A stretch of DNA of 51,238 nucleotides, taken from assembly GCA_041753095.1 (NCBI GenBank), contig JBGSVG010000130.1, positions 1 to 51,238 on the forward strand, in the 5' to 3' direction. Both the position numbers and the translations under genes were made by a program. The DNA is from Sphingorhabdus sp. Lineage in GTDB: Bacteria; Pseudomonadota; Alphaproteobacteria; Sphingomonadales; Sphingomonadaceae. The notes below the pieces were generated by a model. The model was not told where the DNA came from and ran no database searches. It worked only from the letters and a program-made list of their open reading frames with translations. Numbering within the stretch: the stretch's first letter is position 1; the number at the start of each line of letters is the position of its first letter. Shown in pieces: positions 1 through 8,991 of this stretch.

Positions 1-2690
1 TTGCCGGTACTGCTGTCGCTGGCGCTCACCGAAAGCGTAAATGTGCCCTGGGACCGGGGGGTGCCTGATATGGTCACACTGTTCGCTGTTGTTCCGGTGA
101 GCGCCAGGCCCGCAGGCAGACCGGCAACCTCTTGCGACCCGAAGGGTGCGGTGCCGCCTGCGAATGTGAAAGTCTGGCTATAAGATGCGCCCACGGTCGC
201 ACTGAGCGGACCTGACGCGGTGATGGTCAATGCAGGTGCGCCGACCGTGATCGTCACCGTTGCTGGGGCCGAAGTGCCGCCGCCGTTCGTCGCGGTGTAG
301 GTGAAGCTATCGGTTCCCGAAAAGCTCGCATTGGGCTGATAACTGATCGTCGTACCGCTGACCGATGCCACGCCGTTGGCTGGCGCTGAAGCGACCGCAA
401 CCGAGGTTGCCGCGCCGCCCGACAGATTGAGCGTGATTGGAGTGTCGCCACTACCATAAGCGACGGTCATCGATACGGGACCTGCAACCGGCGTTTGCTC
501 CACAATGACCAGAGAATAGCTCTGGACGGCGCTGTAGGGACCCGCCCCTGTTGAGCTGTCGGTAGCCGTCACATTGAAGGCAAAGCTGCCAAATGCGGTC
601 GGCAGACCCGACAATGTACCGCTGGACGAAAGTCCTATACCCGCAGGCAAGCTGCCGCCGGTAACGGCGTAGCTATAAGGCGCGATGCCACCCGTCGCGG
701 GATTCAGCGCCGCACTGTAGGCGATGCCGGCTTGGCCCGGTGCCAAGGTGGTCGTCGGCAGAATAACGGCCGGTGCATTAACCGACACGGTGAACTGACG
801 GGCAGCGCTATATGGTCCAGGCGCCCCGCTCGCGTCAGTCGCGGTAACCGTAAATGTAAAGCTGCCGCCTGCCGTTGGCGTTCCGGAAAGGACGCCGCCG
901 CCCGAAAGATTGACGCCGGCTGGCAATGCGCCCGCCGTGACCGCATAGCTATACGGCGCTAGCCCGCCCGATGCGCTGATTGTCTGACTATATGGCAATC
1001 CAACGGTTGCGGTCGGCAAGCTCGTTTGGTCGAAGCCGATCACCGGCGGCGAAACCGTCAGTGTATAATTGCCACTGACCGCAAACGGGGCACCCGCCCC
1101 GCTGGCGCCATTATCCGTTGCGGTGATTGTGAAATTGGACGTGCCAACCGACGTCGTGCGCCCTGACAGCAGTCCGGTCGCGCCATTGATTGTTATGCCC
1201 GCAGGCAGCGTCCCGGCGGTCACCGCATAGCTGTAACCCCCTATACCTCCGCTTGCGACGATGCTTTGCGAAAGGGGCACGTCAAATCCAACGTTGAATC
1301 CGCCCGATCCGGGGGTCAGTACCAGATTCGGCCTATTGACGTTCAGCGTCACCGAACGGCTAACGGTAAAAGGCCCGTTGCCCGTCGACGCATCGGTCGC
1401 CGATATTGTCAGCGGGAAGCTGCCCGCTGCTGTCGGTGTGCCCACAATTTCAAGGGTGTTTGCACCACTCGACCCGGTTTGCAGGCCAGACGGAAGGCCG
1501 GTTACCTGATAATTAGAAAAGGGTTGTGTGCCGCCGTTGAAAGTAAAGGTCTGGCTGTATGGCGACCCGATAGTAGCGGTCAGCGGTCCGCCGGGCGTCA
1601 CGGTGATAGCGGGATCGGTGACCGTAATCGTCACTGTTGCCGCAGCCGAACTGGCGTCGAAATTGCTGGCGATATATGTAAAGCTGTCCGGCCCGGAATA
1701 ACCTGTGTCAGGAATATAGCTGATCGTCATTCCGCTGGCGACCGCGCGACCATGCGTCGGCTGCGTGACTACGGACACCGCACTGGCTCGTCCGGAGACG
1801 TCGAGCGTGATCGGTGTAGGTCCAGATCCAAAGGGGACCGTAGCGCTTACCGGATTGGCGACCGGCGGCGTGTTCGTAATGTTAATCGAATAGCTTTGCT
1901 GGATAACCGTTGGGCCAGTCCCGACATTGCTGTCGGTTGCGGTTACGACGAAGCCGAAGAGATTTGCAGTCGTCGGGTTGCCGGAAATCGCGCCTGAGGG
2001 CGACATGGTCAGCCCATAAGGCAGCTCGCCCGAGGTTACGACATAAGTGTAGGGCGCTACGCCGCCGGTCGCTGAGGCTATCTGCGCGGTATAAGCGATG
2101 TCGGTGCCGCCTGCAGGCAAACTAGTCGGCGGCAGTACAAGCGGCGGCACATTGACGGTGAAGGTGTAAGCGCGCGCGCCGGCATAGCCAGACGGCGTGG
2201 CGTCGGTTGCGGTGACGGTAAAGGTGGTCGAACCGCCGCGTGTGGGCGTGCCCGACAGTGTGCCGTCGGCGGCCAGCGTTATGCCCTGCGGCAATGTACC
2301 TGAGGTCACCGCGAAGCTATATGGTCCCACCGAGCCGCTGGCCGCAACATTTTGGCTGTAAGGTACGCCAAAGGTCGCATTGGGCAGCGTAGCCGGCGTG
2401 AGCACAATCGTCGGTGCCGCGATCGTTACAGTATAAGCCTGACTACCGGAATAGGGTCCGGGGGCTGCGCTGCTGTCAGTCGTTGTGACGGTGAAGTTGA
2501 AATTTCCGGCTGCAATAGGGGTACCCGACAAGACGCCACCCGACCCCAGCGTCAGATCAGTCGGCAACGTGCCCGTTGTAATGCTGTAACTATAAGGTCC
2601 AGTTCCACCGCTTGCCGTTAGCGTCTGGCTGTAGATTGTTCCAACGCCGCCTGCGGGCAAGATATTGGGCGCAATTGTCACTGGCACGTC
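1..2690 (-). repeat. Higher-order repeat: [Ig-Ig-Ig-Big_9-like-Ig variant] module present twice, ~1377 bp period
   Basis: YSQTFTF motif (ctggct at 1551 and 174); PVA.PVS.TV..GSG.TPITL and DSFTY motifs each occur twice at the same spacing. Confidence 0.75.
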
Positions 2691-5639
2691 GTCATTAACG
2701 ATTGTCCCGGTCCCGGTACCGGTGCCGACAGTTGCATTGACGACGTTCGAGAGCGACACGCTGAACTGTTCGTTCGCTTCGGGGGTGGTATCAGCATTTA
2801 CCTGGACCTGAAACTGCTTCGCCGTTTCGCCTGGCAGGAAAGCAAAGCCGCCCACGGCTGCGACATAGTCGCTGCCCGCAGTTGCCGAACCGTTGGCGGT
2901 CGCAACATTGAGCGTGACGACCTGACCGCTCGGCGCATCAAGCGTCAGCGCGAAATTAGCGATTGCCACGCCAAGATTGCCTTCGGTCAGCGTTACATTA
3001 CCAATCGACAGCGTCGGCAGCGGATCGTCATTGGTAATCGTGCCCGTGCCCTGCGAGCCCCCTACAAAAGCACCCGTGACATTGGTGATTCGAACAAAGA
3101 AAGTTTCGGTCGGCTCATTCAAGGCATCCCCGTTGATAACGACAGGAAAGCTTGCCGATGTAGATCCAGCAGGGATTGTCACCCCGGTCTGGCTGTTGGC
3201 TACATAGTCCTGCCCTCCCGTTGCGGTTGAGTTCGTGGTTGCGATATCGAACGTGACTCCTCCCTGCGCAGCCGGTGCCGAAAGGCTGACGGTGAAGACG
3301 GCATTGGTCGTACCGCTATTCCCTTCTGCCAAAGTGACACTGTCGACAAATATGCTCGGAAAGTCGTCATTGATGATCGTCCCCGTCGCGTCTGCCGGCG
3401 CTCCCACGACGTAACCGGTACCCGCATTAAGGGTGATGATGACCGTCTCATCGGGCTCAATCAGCCCGTTGCCGCTCGGGTCGACGGTCAGCGTCTGGCT
3501 TGTGACGCCGGGCGCAAAAACCAGCGGGCTAGGTATAAGCCCGGAAAAGTCCGAGCCTGGCGTCGCGGTGCCGCCTGTCGAGAAATTCACAGAAACGGGG
3601 CTGGTCGGCGCCTGACTGAGCGTCACGGTATAAATGAGGTTTGGCGTTCCATTTTCCACAACCGACGCGGGCGCTACGGTAATCGACGCGCTAGGCACAT
3701 CGTCGTTAAGAATAGTCAGCGTGGCGCTTGCCGGCGCACCAATTGTATAATCGGCACCCGGGGCGACCGAATAGATCACCGTTTCATTGGCCTCTACCGA
3801 ACCGTCCACCGTGGGATCGATCGTGAAGGTCACACTCGTCGCGCCACTGGGAATAACGACGCTGGTCAAGCCGCCGGTAAAATCACTGCCCGATACCGCC
3901 GAGCCTGTAAGCGCCACATTCACCGTAGTCGCCGACAGCAGGCTGGTGCTGCGGGTGACGGTGAAGGTGGCGTTGGTTGCGCCATCTTCGCTGATGGATG
4001 CAGGGGACACAGCGATCGAAACGGTGGGAGTGTCGTCGTTGGCAATCGTGCCAGTCGCCGCAGCCGGAGCACCGACAACATAACCCGTGCCAGCCACCAG
4101 CGTGATGATCGCCGTCTCATCGGCCTCAATCGTTGCGTCTGCGGTTGGGTTAATCGTGATAGTGCCGGTAGCGCTGCCCGCCAGGATTACCAAGGGCGAG
4201 GTTATCGTCGCATAGTCGGTGCCGTTGGTCGCTGTCCCGCTGACTGTATAGTTGATCGAAGTGGTGGCCGTGGCGGCTTGGTTAAGCGTCACCGTGTAGA
4301 CGAGATTTGCTGCACCATCCTCATCGACCAAAGCAGGCGAGACGGCGATTGCCGCGCTCAGCAAATCGTCGTTGAGGATAGTTCCTGTCGCGCTTGTCGG
4401 TCCGCCAACGGTGTAGCCCGTTCCGGCACCCACAGCGAGAATCACGGTTTCATCGGCTTCGATTGTACCGTCGACCGAAGGGTTTATAGTAATCGTGGCA
4501 GTCGTCGCGTTCGCTGGAATCGTTACCGTCGCGACCCCGCCGGTATAGTCCGAGCCGGATGTCGCCGTACCGCTGGTCGTGATGTTGACCGTGGTCGCAC
4601 TCGCAAGCGCGGTGCTCCGGGTAACGGTGTAGACCAGATTGGTTGCGCCGTCTTCCGACACCGAAGCGGGCACCACGGCGATAGACACAGTGGGGGCGGC
4701 AACGACATTAATGGTCAGCCGCTCCACTTCAAAATAGGCAGCATTTGAAGGCGTACTTGCGTCCGTCACGCGGATATCCGTGTTTGTTGAACCGGCAGTG
4801 GTGGGCGTGCCGCTGATGACGCCAGCGGAGCTCATCGTCAGGCCGGGAGCAGGTGCTACGCCGACAAATGGTTCGGTCTGGTAACTGTGCGGTGTTACCC
4901 CACCGACTGTCGATAGCGAGAAAGTGGTCGGGACACCCTGTACTACGTTGTAGGTGCTGGGCGACAATGTCAGCGTTGGGATTTGGACAATGCCGGAATA
5001 AGCTTTGGAGACAAACGCACCCACAGAATCTTGTGCGCGAAGGACAAAACTGTAGCCGCCGCGTTGTGTCGGAGTTCCGGACAAGACACCGCCTGATGAC
5101 AAGCTCAGGCCAATCGGCAAGGATCCTGAGTTGAGCGCGTAGGTGTAAGGCGCGGATCCGCCGGTGGCGGATAAAGTTTGCGAAAACGGCGTTCCTGCAG
5201 TGAGAGTCGGCAATGAAGTCGGCGAAACTACAATTGCGGAAGCCGGAGGGGTAATGGTAATCTGAACTCGCACCCAGCGATTATCCAGGTCTTGAAATTC
5301 GAGGCTGTCCGACGTCGCAGCATTGCCATTGTGGGTGTATATTAGGACCGATTTTGCGATGTTTGGTGGTACAAAGTCCTGACGAAAGATTGCCGAGCCG
5401 TGACTTGGACCGTTTCGGTAATTTCCGACCCCAAAGCCAAAGCCGAAGTTGTATGGGTCACAGTCGGTAACATCGATCTCTACGCTACTTCCTAGCTCCA
5501 CTGTTGCAGTCTGAATGGGGCAATCAACCGAAGTATGCTGCGCCATCGCAGGCGTTGCCCCGGCCATTGCCACCATCAACGCCAACATCAACGCCAAATG
5601 CCAACGAACAACGACCTGCAGCAGCAACTTACCTGACAT
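1..5639 (-). CDS. Giant secreted adhesin-like protein, partial (3' end off the left edge; at least 1879 aa): signal peptide, Cys-containing N-terminal domain, 2 putative Ig (He_PIG-like) repeats, 6 Calx-beta repeats, then further Ig and Big_9/cadherin-like repeats; probably an autotransporter passenger
   Basis: Hand translation: ATG at 5639 after a GGGGGA RBS; MSGKLLLQVVVRWHLALMLALMVAMAGATPAMA|Q signal peptide. The same frame holds at the window edge (...VSASDSSTG). Repeated 'YSQTLTASGGxxPYSY..GxLPxGxxLSxxGxLSGTPT' and 'TGTIxNDD' motifs. Missing from the ORF track because no stop codon lies in the window. Confidence 0.9.
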   Translation of the reverse strand, partial: MSGKLLLQVVVRWHLALMLALMVAMAGATPAMAQHTSVDCPIQTATVELGSSVEIDVTDCDPYNFGFGFGVGNYRNGPSHGSAIFRQDFVPPNIAKSVLIYTHNGNAATSDSLEFQDLDNRWVRVQITITPPASAIVVSPTSLPTLTAGTPFSQTLSATGGSAPYTYALNSGSLPIGLSLSSGGVLSGTPTQRGGYSFVLRAQDSVGAFVSKAYSGIVQIPTLTLSPSTYNVVQGVPTTFSLSTVGGVTPHSYQTEPFVGVAPAPGLTMSSAGVISGTPTTAGSTNTDIRVTDASTPSNAAYFEVERLTINVVAAPTVSIAVVPASVSEDGATNLVYTVTRSTALASATTVNITTSGTATSGSDYTGGVATVTIPANATTATITINPSVDGTIEADETVILAVGAGTGYTVGGPTSATGTILNDDLLSAAIAVSPALVDEDGAANLVYTVTLNQAATATTSINYTVSGTATNGTDYATITSPLVILAGSATGTITINPTADATIEADETAIITLVAGTGYVVGAPAAATGTIANDDTPTVSIAVSPASISEDGATNATFTVTRSTSLLSATTVNVALTGSAVSGSDFTGGLTSVVIPSGATSVTFTIDPTVDGSVEANETVIYSVAPGADYTIGAPASATLTILNDDVPSASITVAPASVVENGTPNLIYTVTLSQAPTSPVSVNFSTGGTATPGSDFSGLIPSPLVFAPGVTSQTLTVDPSGNGLIEPDETVIITLNAGTGYVVGAPADATGTIINDDFPSIFVDSVTLAEGNSGTTNAVFTVSLSAPAAQGGVTFDIATTNSTATGGQDYVANSQTGVTIPAGSTSASFPVVINGDALNEPTETFFVRITNVTGAFVGGSQGTGTITNDDPLPTLSIGNVTLTEGNLGVAIANFALTLDAPSGQVVTLNVATANGSATAGSDYVAAVGGFAFLPGETAKQFQVQVNADTTPEANEQFSVSLSNVVNATVGTGTGTGTIVNDDVPVTIAPNILPAGGVGTIYSQTLTASGGTGPYSYSITTGTLPTDLTLGSGGVLSGTPIAAGNFNFTVTTTDSSAAPGPYSGSQAYTVTIAAPTIVLTPATLPNATFGVPYSQNVAASGSVGPYSFAVTSGTLPQGITLAADGTLSGTPTRGGSTTFTVTATDATPSGYAGARAYTFTVNVPPLVLPPTSLPAGGTDIAYTAQIASATGGVAPYTYVVTSGELPYGLTMSPSGAISGNPTTANLFGFVVTATDSNVGTGPTVIQQSYSINITNTPPVANPVSATVPFGSGPTPITLDVSGRASAVSVVTQPTHGRAVASGMTISYIPDTGYSGPDSFTYIASNFDASSAAATVTITVTDPAITVTPGGPLTATIGSPYSQTFTFNGGTQPFSNYQVTGLPSGLQTGSSGANTLEIVGTPTAAGSFPLTISATDASTGNGPFTVSRSVTLNVNRPNLVLTPGSGGFNVGFDVPLSQSIVASGGIGGYSYAVTAGTLPAGITINGATGLLSGRTTSVGTSNFTITATDNGASGAGAPFAVSGNYTLTVSPPVIGFDQTSLPTATVGLPYSQTISASGGLAPYSYAVTAGALPAGVNLSGGGVLSGTPTAGGSFTFTVTATDASGAPGPYSAARQFTVSVNAPAVILPTTTLAPGQAGIAYSAALNPATGGIAPYSYAVTGGSLPAGIGLSSSGTLSGLPTAFGSFAFNVTATDSSTGAGPYSAVQSYSLVIVEQTPVAGPVSMTVAYGSGDTPITLNLSGGAATSVAVASAPANGVASVSGTTISYQPNASFSGTDSFTYTATNGGGTSAPATVTITVGAPALTITASGPLSATVGASYSQTFTFAGGTAPFGSQEVAGLPAGLALTGTTANSVTISGTPRSQGTFTLSVSASDSSTG
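2688..4700 (-). repeat. Six tandem Calx-beta domain repeats (~111-113 aa, 333-339 bp period)
   Basis: Each unit ends in [ILV]xNDD, near 4366, 4033, 3700, 3363, 3024 and 2688, and contains 'ExxETV/F' and 'A..G.D[YF]' motifs. Confidence 0.85.
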
Positions 5640-5775
5640 CGGATTCCCCCCGACCGCTCTCGCGGCTACAAATTAGAGCCCCTTGGGCACACGCCACAAA
5701 CCTGCGCAGCCCAGCGCGCAAATGTGTCGTGGTGTAACGCGATAGCGATTTGGGAATAAAAAGCGTGTGTTGTAT

Positions 5776-5787
5776 TGTACTAGTACA
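5776..5787. promoter_or_regulatory. Perfect 12-bp palindrome TGTACTAGTACA, candidate operator upstream of the adhesin
   Basis: Seen directly, ~140 bp upstream of the adhesin ATG in the intergenic region. Confidence 0.4.
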
Positions 5788-5793
5788 CCAGCG

Positions 5794-6210
5794 TCATTTC
5801 ATCTTGCAGCGGAGGAAGGTGCGCTCTTGGCGGCCACCGCTTTGCCGCACGCGTATCTTCTGTTCGTCGAGCGACAGTTGCAGGAACATCGTAACAGGCA
5901 CATCGGCCTCGCCTTCGGGCGAATGCAGTTCGACCACGATATCGGGAAAATCGCTATAAAACCAGAGGCGGCGCACGGGTATCTCGCCAACCGCTCGTTC
6001 GCCGATCTCGATCTGCATGCCATAATCGCGGGTGACAAAGCAGGCGTCTTTGGGCGACGCCCACCGACCGCGATAGCTTTCCGGAATGCGGGCTTCCTCA
6101 TATTCCATCAGCGAACCACGTTCAGTCGTCTGTTCAAATCCGGTGCTGCTGCACGACAGCAGCGCAAAACTTGCGAGTAGCGCGAACGGCCCTTCAATCC
6201 CCCGGAACAT
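5794..6210 (-). CDS. Hypothetical lipoprotein
   Basis: ORF 5794..6222 with a better ATG at 6210; hydrophobic N-terminus with lipobox-like LLSC; overlaps the stop of the upstream gene. Confidence 0.6.
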   Translation of the reverse strand: MFRGIEGPFALLASFALLSCSSTGFEQTTERGSLMEYEEARIPESYRGRWASPKDACFVTRDYGMQIEIGERAVGEIPVRRLWFYSDFPDIVVELHSPEGEADVPVTMFLQLSLDEQKIRVRQSGGRQERTFLRCKMK

Positions 6211-6841
6211 CGTCGCACCCAATCATTGAAAGCCCGCAAACTCCGCGGAACCAAGCCTTTAGCTGGGGAAGATCCGAAGCAGGATATGGATCGCTTGGGT
6301 CTGCCGGAACCGTCTCAACCCGCGCCCAGTTGCCATCGCAGTCGTACAACCTCTTCCAGCTATCCATTATCCAGTCCGGTGACGTGACCAATATTGTGCT
6401 GTCGGAACTGGGCTTTGCAAAACCCCGGCTCGACTGAATATTGAAGCGGACGGCCGAGGATTGGATCCATCCGGTCACCTTCGATGGATAGGCATCATAA
6501 GACGCATCCCGGATAGCGATAATTCGGACATTGGCGATGCGGAACCAGCCATCGCGGGCCTCAACAATATCGAACTCAGCCAGATGCCTCGCATTGGGTC
6601 CACCATAATGCCGGTCATCGGTGGGCAATCTTCCTGATATGCGTGCACTGGCAGACGGCACCGCGCGAACGGGAACTTTCCTGCCATCCTCCGACGCTGT
6701 TTCCGACCAGCCGCTGATATTGCAACTCCGGCCTTTTAAGGGTGACGCATAAGCAGCGTAAGCAGGCACCAAAGCAGTCGAAATACACGAGCCTATTACC
6801 ATTGCCGTGGCCAGAGTGCGAGCCCGTTTGAAATTACCCAT
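6194..6841 (-). CDS. Secreted protein with two SH3b-like domains
   Basis: Signal peptide (…VPAYA); 'VPVRAVPSASARI..L', 'DGWFRI', 'TGWI', 'CDGNWARV', 'AWFRGVC' patterns resemble bacterial SH3 repeats; ATG at 6841. Confidence 0.65.
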   Translation of the reverse strand: MGNFKRARTLATAMVIGSCISTALVPAYAAYASPLKGRSCNISGWSETASEDGRKVPVRAVPSASARISGRLPTDDRHYGGPNARHLAEFDIVEARDGWFRIANVRIIAIRDASYDAYPSKVTGWIQSSAVRFNIQSSRGFAKPSSDSTILVTSPDWIMDSWKRLYDCDGNWARVETVPADPSDPYPASDLPQLKAWFRGVCGLSMIGCDDVPGD

Positions 6842-6995
6842 ATCAATGCCACCGCTGCGGAAAACTGGCGCCACAATGGAGCACCGATGATGCAGGCTGC
6901 AAGCATCACATTGACCTGGTGCATCGCCGCTATTGCAATCCCCGGTCTGCTCACGTCAAAGTCCGGGGGGAACACTTCCTAAAAGGCGGGGCAAT

Positions 6996-7454
6996 ATGTT
7001 GAAGCGCAATTGCAAGCTATTGGTGATTGGTTTGCTCGCAAGCAGTTCCATTGCCCACGCAAGCGCGACACTGCCGCCCTTTGTCGACAAGACAAAATTC
7101 AAATCGCACTCCGATTGCGTCGCATCACTGCGCAACGACCTGCAGCAAGACCGGGATGCAACTACAAATGGCTGGATTGGCTTTCGTGATGGAATGACCC
7201 GGCAGGTCACGCTAATCACCGATGGCCTGGTTACACAATCGCGTAATGTCACAATCTATCGTTCTGAGCTATGGCGCGGTTTTGCTGCGCCCGTAGACCG
7301 ACCCGGCGCGCGCCAAGTCAACGAGCCGTCGGGTAACGCCAGCACATCCCTAATTCGGCGCTCGGCCCATTATGAAAAACGGTTGAGGGTCTGCAAGGAC
7401 CGGTCGAAGACGGTGAAGGGAGAAGACGGGTATACGATGGATAGGTTAGAGTAG
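6996..7454 (+). CDS. Hypothetical secreted protein
   Basis: ATG at 6996 after a G-rich RBS; Sec signal (MLKRNCKLLVIGLLASSSIAHA); two Cys in the mature part. Confidence 0.6.
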   Translation: MLKRNCKLLVIGLLASSSIAHASATLPPFVDKTKFKSHSDCVASLRNDLQQDRDATTNGWIGFRDGMTRQVTLITDGLVTQSRNVTIYRSELWRGFAAPVDRPGARQVNEPSGNASTSLIRRSAHYEKRLRVCKDRSKTVKGEDGYTMDRLE

Positions 7455-7562
7455 GTTTTGTAGTTTACATAAATCAAAAATGGGCGCGTCGAGATAACTC
7501 TGATGCCTTCCAATTGGACGTTCACGCCTTAGTTGTGCCGGGTCAATGTCCATCCCGATTTG

Positions 7563-8942
7563 CTACGTTGTTACAGGCCGCTCTCCACGCCCCGCTTCAG
7601 TAAACCAGAGAGCGAAAATAGCAAATAAACCCATCATGGCCGGCGTACGAAGCGGATAATCTGCGAGACTCGCAAATGCAATTATCATAATCGTGACGCT
7701 AGCCATTCTCGAAAATGCCACCGACTGCCGAGAGCCATCCATATTTCGCCAGATAGTCCAACAGCGCAGAATATATGACAATGATGTGCCCACGATGATC
7801 AATAGTCCAAAAGCACCAAACGCCACCGCGGTTTCGATCCAGTCGCTATGGGCTCTGTTTAGATATGTCGCATCCAGAAGTCGGAAGGGCTCAATCGTTC
7901 GGTAAATGTCAGCGAACGACCCTGACCCGCTACCAAAAGGGAAGAATTGCCAGACGAGATTTAACGAAACTGCCCAGAAATCCTGTCGCAGGTCAGTGCT
8001 TTGAGCCTCAAAAAACAGGCGTTCGAGTGCTTCGGCCCTTGCAAAAAAATAAGTTGTTATACCGAGTGTCAAAAGCGCGGCGCCAACAGCAGGAAGGACG
8101 GGCAATTTGTACCGATCTCTCATTTTGCGGGGACTGATAACGGGATTCCGGTATAATATCGCTGCGCCAACTAAGCCAATTAATGAAGACAAAAGACCTG
8201 ATCGCGAGCCGGTTACTAAAGTCAGTGGGATTAAAATGATAAAAATAGCGCCCGAAATCAACTGCCGACGAATCTGATCACTCGGATTACCGCCTGCGGG
8301 CGATGCGTAAACGGCAAGTATTGGGAAAAGGCATGCCAAAAAGATACCGGCGTGGTTGCGGTTGGAAAACAATCCGACGGCGCTGCCATTATTGGTTATG
8401 CGGTAGAAATAGAGACTACTTTCCGGGTTTCCTATTACCTGCAGGACGCCCAGAACGCCTGAAAGCACGCCCAATATAATCACGAGAGGGAGTAGTCGGC
8501 AAACATCATTTCGCGTTAATTGTGCACCGAGGAGGATAATTGCAGCAGGTACCGACAGAGACAAAAGGGCGTTCCAACCGTTAATTGGCGACGCAGCAAG
8601 TGGGCGCCATATGCCCTCAAGTCCTACCGTTCGATCGATGTTGTGAGCCAGCCGTAAGGCAGGGACGCTGCTCTGCATAACCTCCGGAATCGGAAAAAGG
8701 TGGAGCGTCGTAAGGGCAAAGCTAACTCCCATTACAATGAACAACCATTTACGTTCCTGTAAATGCACACGATTCAGAGTCCAAAGCCCAAACCCGCATG
8801 CAAAGATGGCAATCGGCCAAAGGAGCGTCAAAGACTGAACGTCTGCTCGTGAAGCGCCACCGGTCATAAACACGAAAATGACGAAAAGTGCGAGGGCCCA
8901 AAATTGAGTTTTAGAACTATTTTTGATTATCTTGCCTTGCAT
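7563..8942 (-). CDS. O-antigen ligase / Wzy_C family polytopic membrane protein (ligase, O-oligosaccharyltransferase or polymerase)
   Basis: Many TM helices; motifs GLFSNRNH, TGSRSG, RAHSDWIE; likely ATG at 8942. Confidence 0.85.
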   Translation of the reverse strand: MQGKIIKNSSKTQFWALALFVIFVFMTGGASRADVQSLTLLWPIAIFACGFGLWTLNRVHLQERKWLFIVMGVSFALTTLHLFPIPEVMQSSVPALRLAHNIDRTVGLEGIWRPLAASPINGWNALLSLSVPAAIILLGAQLTRNDVCRLLPLVIILGVLSGVLGVLQVIGNPESSLYFYRITNNGSAVGLFSNRNHAGIFLACLFPILAVYASPAGGNPSDQIRRQLISGAIFIILIPLTLVTGSRSGLLSSLIGLVGAAILYRNPVISPRKMRDRYKLPVLPAVGAALLTLGITTYFFARAEALERLFFEAQSTDLRQDFWAVSLNLVWQFFPFGSGSGSFADIYRTIEPFRLLDATYLNRAHSDWIETAVAFGAFGLLIIVGTSLSYILRCWTIWRNMDGSRQSVAFSRMASVTIMIIAFASLADYPLRTPAMMGLFAIFALWFTEAGRGERPVTT

Positions 8943-8976
8943 CGACTGGCCACCATCAGGGTTTAGTAAAATTTTA

Positions 8977-8991
8977 GAACAATTTAGGAAC
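8977..8991 (-). promoter_or_regulatory. GTTC-N7-GTTC direct repeat matching the alphaproteobacterial LexA box
   Basis: Plus strand GAAC-aatttag-GAAC, 35-49 bp upstream of the ligase ATG. Confidence 0.35.

Noticed and set aside
1-5737. Numerous short ORFs in the track, including 1266..1997 (+, 243 aa) and 4278..4748 (+)
   Set aside because: Antisense or off-frame shadows of the giant minus-strand adhesin; Arg/Cys-rich nonsense composition and no RBS.
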